IMG/VR virus record: IMGVR_UViG_3300045988_139474
Location: 1-64,000 of that record
Length of the DNA stretch: 64,000 bases
Strand: one strand, 5' to 3'
From: a virus
Under the pieces are notes generated by a model. That model made no database searches, was not told where the DNA came from, and saw only the letters and a program-made list of their open reading frames with translations. This document shows positions 9,035-17,487 of the stretch, one piece after another. Within the stretch, counting starts at the first letter, position 1, and every line of letters starts with the position of its first letter. The position numbers and the translations under genes are program-made.

Positions 9035-9505
9035 TTAGAATAAATGACGCTCCCAGACTTCAACATAGTCTTTGACTTCATCTTCACTCACGTCAGGCTC
9101 GAAAACGTCTGGATTGTCTCCCTTGAGGTTGTATTCCTGCAATAGATGTCCTAAACGGTAGAATCCGCCGTTGTAGGCCACGATTGTATCGTCTTGAAGA
9201 GGGGTCAAACCTCCACAATCTCGGAGCGTAACAGCGCGCAGTTCATGGTCTGATAGTGTGAGGCTGCCGCCCAACTGTTGAAGACTATGGAATATTAAAG
9301 CCAAAGTTTCATACAGTGTAGGGTTATCACCAAATTCTTCGCTTTCTAGCAGATAGGTGAATATCTCATCGGAGCTTTCGGCTTGATAGTCAATCCAGAG
9401 AAAATGCGGAGCAAAGCTAGCATAAGTTTTAGATTCCAAAGGGATATCAGACACTAGCAGATTGAGCTCACTCATGCGGGTATCGCCATTAGGGTGTGAG
9501 GTCAT
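9035..9505 (-). CDS. hypothetical acidic protein
   Basis: 156-aa ORF behind class I promoter 9545..9572. Confidence 0.7.
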   Translation of the reverse strand: MTSHPNGDTRMSELNLLVSDIPLESKTYASFAPHFLWIDYQAESSDEIFTYLLESEEFGDNPTLYETLALIFHSLQQLGGSLTLSDHELRAVTLRDCGGLTPLQDDTIVAYNGGFYRLGHLLQEYNLKGDNPDVFEPDVSEDEVKDYVEVWERHLF

Positions 9506-9544
9506 GATTTAAATTCCTGTTAGAAAGGATTGATTGCATGAGAA

Positions 9545-9572
9545 ATGTCTCACGAACCAATCCTAATTTCGT
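9545..9572 (-). promoter_or_regulatory. class I phage promoter motif (variant)
   Basis: GAAATTAGGATTGGTTCGTGAGACATTTCT, upstream of 9035..9505. Confidence 0.5.
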
Positions 9573-9584
9573 CAATTTTCGGCC

Positions 9585-10223
9585 TTATTCGCAAAGTGCG
9601 TAGCTGAAGATTCTAGCACGAGGGTCAAAAGAGATGACGTTGTTATTGCCTTGCACTTCGTTGTTTTGACCGACCAGAATGACGGTATTATCATTGCCGA
9701 CAATCGTGTTATTGTCGCCGATACAAATAATCAGGTTATCTCTGCTCTCTTTATCGGTCACAAGGCTTTGAGAATTACCGCCAAGAATGATAATGCTGTC
9801 TGAGCCATCTTGGAGTGTGGTATCGCTTTTATAGCCTTGTACGGAGGCCACGCAGCCCAAGCCGTTCAATTTTACTTTTTGTTCGTCCATCGGAAAGGTC
9901 ACGGAATCATAAGTCAGTAGCATGTGCTCCTCAGGCTCAGCGCAAAACTCGCTGCCCATTGCTAGGGTGTCAGCAATCTTGCGAATAGCTCGGAGTGCAG
10001 TTTCACGTTCTCCCTCATCTTCACAACGGAGCGTTTGAACGGCATACGCTTTGATGAATTCAGCGACTGCTGGAGCATTGACTTCTAAGAAGCCTCCCCA
10101 AGTCACCATATGAATGCTGACTGATTTTTCTTGGCCATAACGTTGAACGAACCATTCATGCAAGCCTTTAGACAAGCGACTTACAGCATCGGCATTGACT
10201 CGTACATTAGTTTCAAACTTCAT
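9585..10223 (-). CDS. hypothetical protein with C-terminal beta-helix-like repeats
   Basis: Start moved to ATG 10223 (MKFETN; SD GGAG). Tail IIILGGNSQ...ICIGDNNTIVGNDNTVILVGQNNEVQGNNNVISF. Confidence 0.7.
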   Translation of the reverse strand: MKFETNVRVNADAVSRLSKGLHEWFVQRYGQEKSVSIHMVTWGGFLEVNAPAVAEFIKAYAVQTLRCEDEGERETALRAIRKIADTLAMGSEFCAEPEEHMLLTYDSVTFPMDEQKVKLNGLGCVASVQGYKSDTTLQDGSDSIIILGGNSQSLVTDKESRDNLIICIGDNNTIVGNDNTVILVGQNNEVQGNNNVISFDPRARIFSYALCE

Positions 10224-10261
10224 GATTCTGACTCCAGATAGAAAGATTGGTTGTATATAAT

Positions 10262-10292
10262 GTATTATCTCAACGACCAATCTTTATTTTTA
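10262..10292 (-). promoter_or_regulatory. class I phage promoter motif
   Basis: TAAAAATAAAGATTGGTCGTTGAGATAATACA, upstream of 9585..10223. Confidence 0.6.
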
Positions 10293-10299
10293 CGCCGTC

Positions 10300-10656
10300 T
10301 TAAAAATAGATTGAGCCAATGACTCTAGCACGCTCGTATGGGTGTTTGTACCGCCCCAGCTCAAAGTACTCATCTGTAATCCAGCCGTTGATTGCGTTCA
10401 TGTCCAATACGTGCATGTTGTAAACGGTTACAAACATTGTATCGCAAGTTTGACGGTCAATGGTTAGCACTACTGGTTTAGCAGCCCATTCATCCTCGCC
10501 GTCATAGGCCTCTGCAACCCAATTGATAGCTAGCTCACGGCAGCCAGCTTTCTCAGCTTTCTCGACACATTCTTCTAGAATCTTGAATACCTCGTATGAG
10601 CGCGCACGTCTGCTTATTGCTACCGCCTTGCGCACAATTTCAATTGTTGAGTTCAT
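10300..10656 (-). CDS. family A small protein (divergent member)
   Basis: Start moved to ATG 10656 (MNSTIEIV). Pattern ...VFKILEECVEKAEKAGCRELAINW... Confidence 0.65.
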   Translation of the reverse strand: MNSTIEIVRKAVAISRRARSYEVFKILEECVEKAEKAGCRELAINWVAEAYDGEDEWAAKPVVLTIDRQTCDTMFVTVYNMHVLDMNAINGWITDEYFELGRYKHPYERARVIGSIYF

Positions 10657-10671
10657 GTTTATTCCTAGCAA

Positions 10672-11463
10672 TTAAGCCATGAAGGGCAGTTTGTCGGCCT
10701 TAACGAATCGACCGTCATATGTGCGACAGTACCAAGTATCAGGTTCAAATAGAGGGTTAAACAACGCACCCAAGCTTTCTTCCTTAGAACGCACCTCACG
10801 CCTAGTGCCGTCAATCAATCGGATTTCAGTACCAACGGAGGCTTTGAAGTACAAGCCCAAGTGAATATGATTCAGTCCAGTCATAGTCAAGACATTTCCT
10901 GCGCCCTCCACGCTAACTACACCGCCACGTGTGATGGTAATCTCGTTATCGTTTCCACTGACTTTGATAACACTAAAATCGCCGATAGAATCAATGCGGT
11001 TTCCGTCACCGCGTACAACGGCTAAAGCCTGCCAGATAGGATTGAGGGCGATACGATTTCGCATGCCTTTGCTAAACAGCATGTTTTGGGTGCCAGATAC
11101 GCTGATAAAGCCTTTTGCGCTGTCTTCAAAACAAACACTAGCAACAGCATCAGGGGCAAAATGCGTGTAATCGACTTGCCCTTCAGAAGAGTCAACACCG
11201 TCACCAATGGTGAAATGTCGTTTGAAGCCGTCTTCATCCCGCAACTCTTCTAGGGCTTTAAATACGCCCAGTGTTTGCATCCCATAGCCTTCTGTTACAA
11301 CCATGTTAGCTAATACGCCGAAAAGCTCGGAGCGCGCCATAGCAGATTGTGTCAGAATGTCGGTGAGCAGCTTGCGGGATTTGTCACCCAAGAGGGATTG
11401 CGATGTAAGGTCAGCAAGACCGTCAGGCAGAAGCTCATGAATTAAGCTTTTAGTAATGTCCAT
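10672..11463 (-). CDS. hypothetical protein with beta-helix-like repeats
   Basis: 263 aa. VVRGDGNRIDSIGDFSVIKVSGNDNEITITRGGVVSVEGAGNVLTMTG. Confidence 0.75.
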   Translation of the reverse strand: MDITKSLIHELLPDGLADLTSQSLLGDKSRKLLTDILTQSAMARSELFGVLANMVVTEGYGMQTLGVFKALEELRDEDGFKRHFTIGDGVDSSEGQVDYTHFAPDAVASVCFEDSAKGFISVSGTQNMLFSKGMRNRIALNPIWQALAVVRGDGNRIDSIGDFSVIKVSGNDNEITITRGGVVSVEGAGNVLTMTGLNHIHLGLYFKASVGTEIRLIDGTRREVRSKEESLGALFNPLFEPDTWYCRTYDGRFVKADKLPFMA

Positions 11464-11605
11464 GATAGTTCCTAGTGATATGTTTCTCTGACCGCCTGCT
11501 AGGTATCCCTACAAGCGGTCAGTTAATTGATGATTAATCCTCTGAGAAATACAGGCCGTTTTCAACGAAGTAGCTGTCGCTGAGTTCTTCATCCCAGACT
11601 TTATC

Positions 11606-11950
11606 CTAGTCAATACATTTGCGGAGATAATCAGGCAATACATTCAAAGCAACGTTTTCCAGTTCCTCGCAGATTTCTTGAGCAAATTCGGCCTTGTCGG
11701 AGTATTTGCCCCGATATGCGTCCATGGCTGTACCCAAGTCAAAGATGCCTGTAGCTTCAAAGTAAGCTTCCATGATTTTGCGTTCATCACTTGAGGCTTC
11801 TTCCCATTCTTGAAGCTCATCAAAATACTTCTCAATGCTCAGGCCTTCTGGGTAGTCATCGGCTTCTTCGATACCGCCTGCCTCTTCAATTTCTTCGTAG
11901 TTGCTGAATTCAAACAGGTAGCACCATTCGCCGTTTACTTTGATAGCCAT
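11606..11950 (-). CDS. acidic protein, possible ArdA-like antirestriction protein
   Basis: Start moved to ATG 11950 (MAIKVNGEW; SD AAGGAG). Very acidic. C-terminal AY..A.G......AMDAYRGKYSDKAEFAQEICEEL...LPDYL resembles the ArdA C-terminal region. Confidence 0.45.
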   Translation of the reverse strand: MAIKVNGEWCYLFEFSNYEEIEEAGGIEEADDYPEGLSIEKYFDELQEWEEASSDERKIMEAYFEATGIFDLGTAMDAYRGKYSDKAEFAQEICEELENVALNVLPDYLRKCID

Positions 11951-11989
11951 GTTATTACTCCTTCTTTCGGGTTTAGTTGGTTCATACTT

Positions 11990-12020
11990 GTATATCGCAT
12001 GCGCCAGATTTAATTTTCTA
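11990..12020 (-). promoter_or_regulatory. class I phage promoter motif (variant)
   Basis: GAAAATTAAATCTGGCGCATGCGATATACAAG, directly after terminator 12031..12067. Confidence 0.55.
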
Positions 12021-12030
12021 AAATTTTTAG

Positions 12031-12067
12031 CAAAAATAAAACCTCCCAATCGAAAAGACTGGGAGGC
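12031..12067 (-). terminator. rho-independent terminator
   Basis: CCTCCCA-GTCTTTTCGAT-TGGGAGG followed by TTTTATTTTTG, after 12094..12294. Confidence 0.75.
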
Positions 12068-12093
12068 ATTCACGGTCAAGGTCGGTTGCGGTC

Positions 12094-12294
12094 TTACGCT
12101 TCCTTATCCGATTGATAATTCATCCATGTAACAACTAGTAGCAAGGCAATCATGAAAAGCAATAGCATGATTAGCAAACTTAACTCTAAAGCCGTGGACC
12201 AGGGCACGAAGCCGTTGATATTGGAATACATGTAGATGATACTACTTGTAAGCAACACCGCAGTGATAAAGCCCGATATTCCGCTGAAACTCAT
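12094..12294 (-). CDS. small membrane protein
   Basis: 66 aa with two hydrophobic helices. 4-nt overlap with the upstream gene; terminator directly downstream. Confidence 0.55.
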   Translation of the reverse strand: MSFSGISGFITAVLLTSSIIYMYSNINGFVPWSTALELSLLIMLLLFMIALLLVVTWMNYQSDKEA

Positions 12295-12746
12295 TGATTG
12301 CCTCTCATTTGAGATAAGACTACAACGGCTCTAGCAAGTGCCTCTTCCAAAGAAAGGTCATTCTTTGAAGCCTCACCGACAGGCTTGACGTCAGTTGAGG
12401 GTAGCTCTTCAAGCGGTTTGGTCGGAATTACCTTGACTTCAACCTCACCTGCTTCTGTTCCATTAGGCCAGAAAAACAGCGTGCTACTTATGGGGTCAAA
12501 TGTATAGTATGAACGGCCTTCTTTAAGGTCGTATTTTTGGTGTTTGTTCCAAGTCTTCAAGAAACGCTTATCGCTACTCAAAAGCCCAACCAAGATTGAC
12601 GGGTCTTTTTCGGCTACAGCACGACATAGTCGGCATAAGGCTTCTTCAGCACGCTCACCGCGTTTCTTCATCTTCTTCAGCTTTGCGAGTTCCTCAGGCC
12701 GAATATCAACATAGTCAATTGCAGGTAAATCTACAGTACAAGGCAT
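12291..12746 (-). CDS. hypothetical protein (family D motif KD.SIL..LLS.D..FL..W)
   Basis: AVAEKDPSILVGLLSSDKRFLKTWNKHQ is shared with 12760..13587 and 15327..15935. Confidence 0.7.
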   Translation of the reverse strand: MPCTVDLPAIDYVDIRPEELAKLKKMKKRGERAEEALCRLCRAVAEKDPSILVGLLSSDKRFLKTWNKHQKYDLKEGRSYYTFDPISSTLFFWPNGTEAGEVEVKVIPTKPLEELPSTDVKPVGEASKNDLSLEEALARAVVVLSQMRGNQ

Positions 12747-12759
12747 GATTATTGCTCCT

Positions 12760-13587
12760 TTACATATTAAAACATGACGGGTCAGGTGTAGCCTTAGACG
12801 GCATGTCTGATGGCTCTGTCTTGCTTACCAAGTCTAAAATCTCGGTCAAGAATCGGTAGAACGCGTCACCCTTGCCCTCTCGTTTGACGAAAGTGCGGCT
12901 GGTTGTATCCTTGCTTGAGTCAGCGAAGTAGTCAATATAAAACCAAGATTCACCATCTAGCTCGAAAGGCTTGCTGACTACTTTGATTGTATCAATCAAT
13001 ACGCCCTCCAACTTCGACACGATAGTTTCAACGTCTGCGGAGGCCGTCTGGATTCCGTCTTGTTTCGGTTTCTTAGCTTTCGTCTCGGTTGCTGCTTGTA
13101 AAGCCTTATCAACTTGAGTTTGGGATGAGTTGAAAGTTACAAGCTTTCCGTTTACCTTATCAAACAGGCTGTAAAGCTCCTTTCGTTGACAATTTTGTTT
13201 CTGTACTTCCTCCCAGAGTTCCAAGAAATACGAATCTTTGCTGAGGATTTCGACCAAGATTGTCTTATCTTTCTTAAACAGGATATGGCTGATAAGTTGT
13301 ACCGTGTTGAAAGCTCGCTGAACTTTTGGCTCGGTTACAAGCGTTGCTGCTTGTTTCTGACGGAGGCCAAGATTGACGCGGTCAATGACTTGCTTAGCTA
13401 TTCTACCGTTGCTGCGCTTGGGGCTAAAGTGGATGATGAATGGTCGTCCTTGTCTATTGAATCGGATAGTCGTGGCGTCATAGTCAAAAATGCTATTGAA
13501 GGGTACATGGACTGTTCTGCCGTCAGCCATCGGTACAACCAAAGAATAGCCGTCAGCTGAGGTGTAGGGTGCAAAAGCTTGAGTCAC
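12760..13587 (-). CDS. hypothetical protein (family E module plus family D motif)
   Basis: ISHILFKKDKTILVEILSKDSYFLELWEEVQKQN parallels ISDVLFEKDKSILIKLLSEDAHFLKIWREIQNRN in 15327..15935. Confidence 0.75.
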   Translation of the reverse strand: MTQAFAPYTSADGYSLVVPMADGRTVHVPFNSIFDYDATTIRFNRQGRPFIIHFSPKRSNGRIAKQVIDRVNLGLRQKQAATLVTEPKVQRAFNTVQLISHILFKKDKTILVEILSKDSYFLELWEEVQKQNCQRKELYSLFDKVNGKLVTFNSSQTQVDKALQAATETKAKKPKQDGIQTASADVETIVSKLEGVLIDTIKVVSKPFELDGESWFYIDYFADSSKDTTSRTFVKREGKGDAFYRFLTEILDLVSKTEPSDMPSKATPDPSCFNM

Positions 13588-13604
13588 AGGGATTCTTCCT
13601 TTCT

Positions 13605-14144
13605 TTAGATTGTAGCACTTGTAGGCTGAGTCGGAGCAAGAATTTGAGTTGTTGCTAGCATTTGGTTAATGCTCTCTTCAGTCGCTCGCACCCAATCATT
13701 ACCAGTATCAGGGAAAGCGTGAGTCAATTCGTTCAGTCCAGTTGAGTGTAAAACAACGTACTGGTCATGAATGCGCAGGCGGTTTCGGACAGCAGGTATA
13801 GCAATCTCAGCGCAAGCTTTCAACGGCTTACCACTAACAACGCCCAATACAATGACTGGGTTATCCCCAAGGGATTTCACGGCTTGACCGTTGCGCACTA
13901 GATTGATTGCATCTTCAGCACCAAAGGCTCGGTTGGCCAGTTCTTCATAAGCTACTTGAGCTTGATACGCAAATTCAAGGAGGGCAAAGGCTTCCTGACC
14001 GATTTTGCAGGATTTGAGGAAGCTATCAACGCAGTTTTCGGCTTGAAAAGTTGTAAGCGTGTCTTTGAATTCATGACGGCCATCAATATGCTTTGAGACT
14101 TGCTCGGCGAATTGTTGCCAGTTGTAATCGGCTTTGATATTCAT
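13605..14144 (-). CDS. hypothetical protein, paralog of 14162..14665
   Basis: NWQQFAEQVSKHIDG... versus LWNQFASKVEDYIDA.... Identical RBS context AAAGGAAGAATCCCTATGAA. Confidence 0.75.
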   Translation of the reverse strand: MNIKADYNWQQFAEQVSKHIDGRHEFKDTLTTFQAENCVDSFLKSCKIGQEAFALLEFAYQAQVAYEELANRAFGAEDAINLVRNGQAVKSLGDNPVIVLGVVSGKPLKACAEIAIPAVRNRLRIHDQYVVLHSTGLNELTHAFPDTGNDWVRATEESINQMLATTQILAPTQPTSATI

Positions 14145-14161
14145 AGGGATTCTTCCTTTCT

Positions 14162-14665
14162 TTAGGCTTCTGGTTTCTGTTCTAAGGCTTTGCGGATTTC
14201 TTCGTTGCTAGCAAGTCTCCATTCGCAGTACAGCTCAGGAAAGTTTTTGCGTACAGCAATCTGACCGTTTGGTAGGATAGTCAGATAATGCTTCTTGATA
14301 TCAGACATAGGTACACCGCCAGCAACGCTGTAATTAGCGTTGAGGAAGCCTGTCAATTGATCGCCACTAATCTCAGTCAGTACAAATAGAGGGTTAGCTT
14401 CAGAAGATATGCGGACGGCTCGACCTGCTTGTACGTGTTTGTAAGCAGTAGCGCGGTCAAAGAACGCTGCGTCATAAGCAATCTGGGCCAGTTGAGCCAG
14501 TCTCAAGAGTTGTTGAGAGGCTTCAGGGACTGGTAAGTTAGCCAGATTGTGGATTTCTTTCACACACTGGTCTAAGGTCATTAATTCGACAGTCGGAGGT
14601 TGCGCGTCAATGTAATCTTCGACTTTAGAAGCAAATTGATTCCAGAGTTTCGTTGAGAGTTTCAT
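14162..14665 (-). CDS. hypothetical protein, paralog of 13605..14144
   Basis: Start moved to ATG 14665 (MKLSTKLWNQF). ATGA overlap with the stop of 14662..14844. Confidence 0.75.
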   Translation of the reverse strand: MKLSTKLWNQFASKVEDYIDAQPPTVELMTLDQCVKEIHNLANLPVPEASQQLLRLAQLAQIAYDAAFFDRATAYKHVQAGRAVRISSEANPLFVLTEISGDQLTGFLNANYSVAGGVPMSDIKKHYLTILPNGQIAVRKNFPELYCEWRLASNEEIRKALEQKPEA

Positions 14666-14844
14666 AGGGATTCTTCCTTTCTGTATAGGCTCTTGAATCG
14701 AGGGTCTAGGCGCAATTGTTGTTCGATACGCTTGCGGTGTTCCTCTTGCGTCCATTTTCGCTTGCGCTCACTAGTCTTAGGGAGCCTGCGTGTTTCTCGT
14801 AGCATGTTTTGTCGGGTGTTCTGTTGTTTTGAATCATAGTTCAT
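14662..14844 (-). CDS. small highly basic protein
   Basis: 60 aa, Arg/Lys/Gln-rich. SD GAGGA upstream; stop overlaps the next start (ATGA). Confidence 0.5.
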   Translation of the reverse strand: MNYDSKQQNTRQNMLRETRRLPKTSERKRKWTQEEHRKRIEQQLRLDPRFKSLYRKEESL

Positions 14845-14892
14845 CAGTCTGAATCCTCAGGTTATGTTTGGTCGTCTAAATTTTCGCTCAGT

Positions 14893-15213
14893 TTACTCCC
14901 AACGAATAATATCAATACAGTCTCCGAATACCGTATGATAACACATCTCAACCTCGAAGCCGTCCTCACGTAAGCGGTCAACTACTGCTTGAACGTCAAA
15001 TTGCGTATCTACATTAATGTTTACAAAGATAAGTGAGCCAGTTCGGCGTAACAGGTCGGTATTTGTAACAGCTACTGTAGGCATGTCCAGCCCTGCAGAC
15101 CGCGTAAAGTCTAAACCTTTTGCGCCTAAGCTTGATGCCTCCTTAACAGCTTCGATAATGCCAACATAAACATCTTCTGTTAAGTTAGCTGGGGTCAGAT
15201 TTACTTTGTTCAT
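14893..15213 (-). CDS. family A small protein
   Basis: Start moved to ATG 15213 (MNKVNL; SD AGGAG). ...IIEAVKEASSLGAKGLDF...VVDRLREDGFEVEM...CIDIIRWE. Confidence 0.7.
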   Translation of the reverse strand: MNKVNLTPANLTEDVYVGIIEAVKEASSLGAKGLDFTRSAGLDMPTVAVTNTDLLRRTGSLIFVNINVDTQFDVQAVVDRLREDGFEVEMCYHTVFGDCIDIIRWE

Positions 15214-15249
15214 TTTGTTACTCCTGAAAGGTATTGTTTGGTTATACTT

Positions 15250-15280
15250 GTAAATCTCACTAGCCAATCTTAATTTTTAG
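15250..15280 (-). promoter_or_regulatory. class I phage promoter motif
   Basis: TAAAAATTAAGATTGGCTAGTGAGATTTACAAG, directly after terminator 15282..15316. Confidence 0.6.
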
Positions 15281-15281
15281 C

Positions 15282-15316
15282 AAAAAGAAAACCTCCTAAT
15301 CAAAAGACTAGGAGGC
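15282..15316 (-). terminator. rho-independent terminator
   Basis: CCTCCTA-GTCTTTTGAT-TAGGAGG followed by TTTTCTTTTTG, after 15327..15935. Confidence 0.75.
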
Positions 15317-15326
15317 CGTCTGGGAG

Positions 15327-15935
15327 CTAGTCCTGGTTGCGGGCTGCTTCTTGCGCTAAATGGTCGGCCAATACCTTAGCCAGCGCAGCCGATAAAGACA
15401 AGGAAGAGTTGCTTGCAGGGCATACTGGGCCAACTGTTACTGTCGGCTTTTCCTCAGTCTTTTTCATAGCGGATAACTTGCCGCAGGCTGTAAGCTCTTT
15501 GGTCTTTTCGTTGAAGGTGCACCAAAGCTCCCTGTGCAGAAAATTGCGGTTTTGAATTTCTCGCCAGATTTTCAGGAAGTGTGCATCTTCACTCAAAAGC
15601 TTGATTAGGATTGACTTGTCTTTCTCAAACAGGACATCGCTTATACGGCTTAATGTCTTGATAGTCTGCTCATTCAGCTCAGGTTCAACGGCTTCTTTCG
15701 GCGACAACTCAGGCTTTGAGGGCTGCTTAAGCTCATCTAGCAATTGCTTAGCTATTATGCCGTTGCTCGTCTCAGGGTCAAACAAAAGAGTTGAGGTTTT
15801 GCCTGTTGAATGGTCGATATAGTAGATGGAATCCTCTGTGTAAGATATAATGCTATCAATACAGATGCGCAAATCAGTGGAGGGTAAAATCAAATACGTG
15901 AGGCTATAGGACATAATAAAGGGTGTGTCGGACAT
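15327..15935 (-). CDS. hypothetical protein (family E module plus family D motif)
   Basis: See 12760..13587. N-terminal module LTYLILPSTDLRICIDSIISY. Confidence 0.75.
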   Translation of the reverse strand: MSDTPFIMSYSLTYLILPSTDLRICIDSIISYTEDSIYYIDHSTGKTSTLLFDPETSNGIIAKQLLDELKQPSKPELSPKEAVEPELNEQTIKTLSRISDVLFEKDKSILIKLLSEDAHFLKIWREIQNRNFLHRELWCTFNEKTKELTACGKLSAMKKTEEKPTVTVGPVCPASNSSLSLSAALAKVLADHLAQEAARNQD

Positions 15936-15945
15936 AGATGTCTCC

Positions 15946-16215
15946 TTAATTTACTTTGCTAACAGTTCCTGCTCTGAATTCCTGCAACCATCGTTTGCCC
16001 GCTAAGCAAGATTCCAGCGCATCGCGGATTGCTTGATAATACTCAAGGGCAAGGGTCAAGGTTGTTTCCTCACCGCCTCGAATATAGACAAGGCGCGTAT
16101 GCTCTTCATCCTTGCTAAGGCTTCGTATTGCATACAGGCGCATAGCATATGTTACGCCAGGTGTAAACACAAATAGCAAGTCCTTGCATATTTCAGCCAT
16201 CTTTGTACTTAACAT
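15946..16215 (-). CDS. hypothetical protein, single family E module
   Basis: LLFVFTPGVTYAMRLYAIRSLS...EYYQAIRDALES. Confidence 0.65.
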   Translation of the reverse strand: MLSTKMAEICKDLLFVFTPGVTYAMRLYAIRSLSKDEEHTRLVYIRGGEETTLTLALEYYQAIRDALESCLAGKRWLQEFRAGTVSKVN

Positions 16216-16231
16216 TTCAATTGCCCTATGA

Positions 16232-16849
16232 TTAATTGATCAATTTGTTGCGAAACTCGTCAAAGCCGTCAAACAAGACTTCTTTGATAGCCGTGCAGAC
16301 TTCTTGGCTTAGGCCTTCTGATTCTCGAATCTCAGGGACAATCACGGCAGGCACACCCTTTTCTTGAGAGGCGTTATACATCCAAGCGCAAACGTCCATT
16401 AATTCTTGGTCGACAGGGATATCATCCAAGTACAAGACAATATCGCCTGAGGCCAATTCTTTGCTACGCATCCAGCCAGCTGATTGGGCGAATCGGGTTG
16501 AGCCGTCTCCTGCAGTATTTCGCAAGCCGTCCACAACGTTCAATTCCAGAATGTCTGAGAAAAACGCCTTGTCTTCATCGCTCATATGGCGTCTGCCTAA
16601 GCTTGAGTACCAAGAAGAGATGATTACAACTTCGACATCCTTAATCATTCGGCGGTTCTTGATATCGTCAATCAGCGAATGAAGATTGCTCAAGAGGTCT
16701 CGTGAGATGATGTCGCCACGATTGCGTGAAGCAACTTTGAATTCTTGCTCAATTGCTTTGGTGTCCTTTGCGTCATACAAATCGCAATAGCGGTTGAACG
16801 CCTTGCGATTATTTAAGACACCATCAATATCCAGAAATACAACTAACAT
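16232..16849 (-). CDS. HAD-superfamily phosphatase-like protein
   Basis: N-terminal HAD motif I: MLVVFLDIDGVLNN (DxDGV). Confidence 0.75.
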   Translation of the reverse strand: MLVVFLDIDGVLNNRKAFNRYCDLYDAKDTKAIEQEFKVASRNRGDIISRDLLSNLHSLIDDIKNRRMIKDVEVVIISSWYSSLGRRHMSDEDKAFFSDILELNVVDGLRNTAGDGSTRFAQSAGWMRSKELASGDIVLYLDDIPVDQELMDVCAWMYNASQEKGVPAVIVPEIRESEGLSQEVCTAIKEVLFDGFDEFRNKLIN

Positions 16850-16892
16850 AATGATTCCTTACCCTTACTTTTCAGACATTTCACAGGTTCAA

Positions 16893-17477
16893 TTAGCATA
16901 TCCCTGTCGTCCATTCATGCACACCAGGGTTAAAGATTCTATCAAAGTCAGCGTTAAGGCTTATGCCTTTGCCGTTCAGGTGCGTGACGAAGATTGTTGG
17001 CAGTATTGGAAGCCCTCGAAATAAGAAGTCAACAACGTGTAGTCTTTCATACTTATCTACATATCCGCCGTCCAGAATAACCGCACGGCCTTGAGTATCA
17101 GGCTCATCTAAGTAGTATTCTGCAACCCATTCAATAGCTTTCTCAAAGCGTACAAGGCTATTGTTCGGCTCGTAGATGACGTCAGCATAGTCACACTCAC
17201 GCGCTTTGAGCAGGGCTTGAGTCGCTTCAATAACTCGTTCAGGGTCATGCGGTTCACTACTGCTCGGCATTACTACTAGCTTGGGGCGTAGTTCAAAAAC
17301 AGTCACGAAGTGTCGGAATATCTTGAAGACATCATCCAGAAGCGTCAGCGATATTGGTTTATCAGACAGCTCAGGAATCAGCTTGTAATCATCCAATTCG
17401 ACTTCGCCATTATCTACCTTATTACAAAATATCGGGTCGTTGAGTACTCCGTCTATCCCTAAGAATAGCATTAGCAT
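16893..17477 (-). CDS. HAD-like paralog lacking the nucleophile Asp
   Basis: Start moved to ATG 17477 (MLMLFLGIDGVLND; SD AGGAGG). Motif I reads GIDGV instead of DIDGV. Confidence 0.7.
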   Translation of the reverse strand: MLMLFLGIDGVLNDPIFCNKVDNGEVELDDYKLIPELSDKPISLTLLDDVFKIFRHFVTVFELRPKLVVMPSSSEPHDPERVIEATQALLKARECDYADVIYEPNNSLVRFEKAIEWVAEYYLDEPDTQGRAVILDGGYVDKYERLHVVDFLFRGLPILPTIFVTHLNGKGISLNADFDRIFNPGVHEWTTGIC

Positions 17478-17487
17478 TTCAGGCCTC

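Noticed and set aside
9585-10280. N-terminal extensions of many track ORFs (for example 9585..10280, 11606..12079, 14162..14755, 14893..15267, 16893..17591, 43735..44928, 51664..51915, 61960..63105, 63157..63435).
   Set aside because: The extensions start at TTG/GTG or weak ATGs. They overlap the upstream gene, the class I/II promoter or the tRNA. A downstream ATG with a good Shine-Dalgarno sequence, immediately after the upstream stop, was preferred in each case.
11481-11515. Hairpins at 11481-11515 (CTGACCGC...GCGGTCAG), about 5301-5334 (CCCTCC...GGAGGG) and 6730-6744 (GCACC...GGTGC), considered as terminators.
   Set aside because: No T-run follows on the minus strand. They may be RNA-stability or regulatory structures, but calling them terminators is not supported.
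14845-14892. A possible degenerate class I promoter upstream of 14662..14844 (minus strand CGAAAATTTAGACGACCAAACATAAC).
   Set aside because: Only the AAAATT part matches. The TTAAGATTGG and TGAGATAT blocks are absent.
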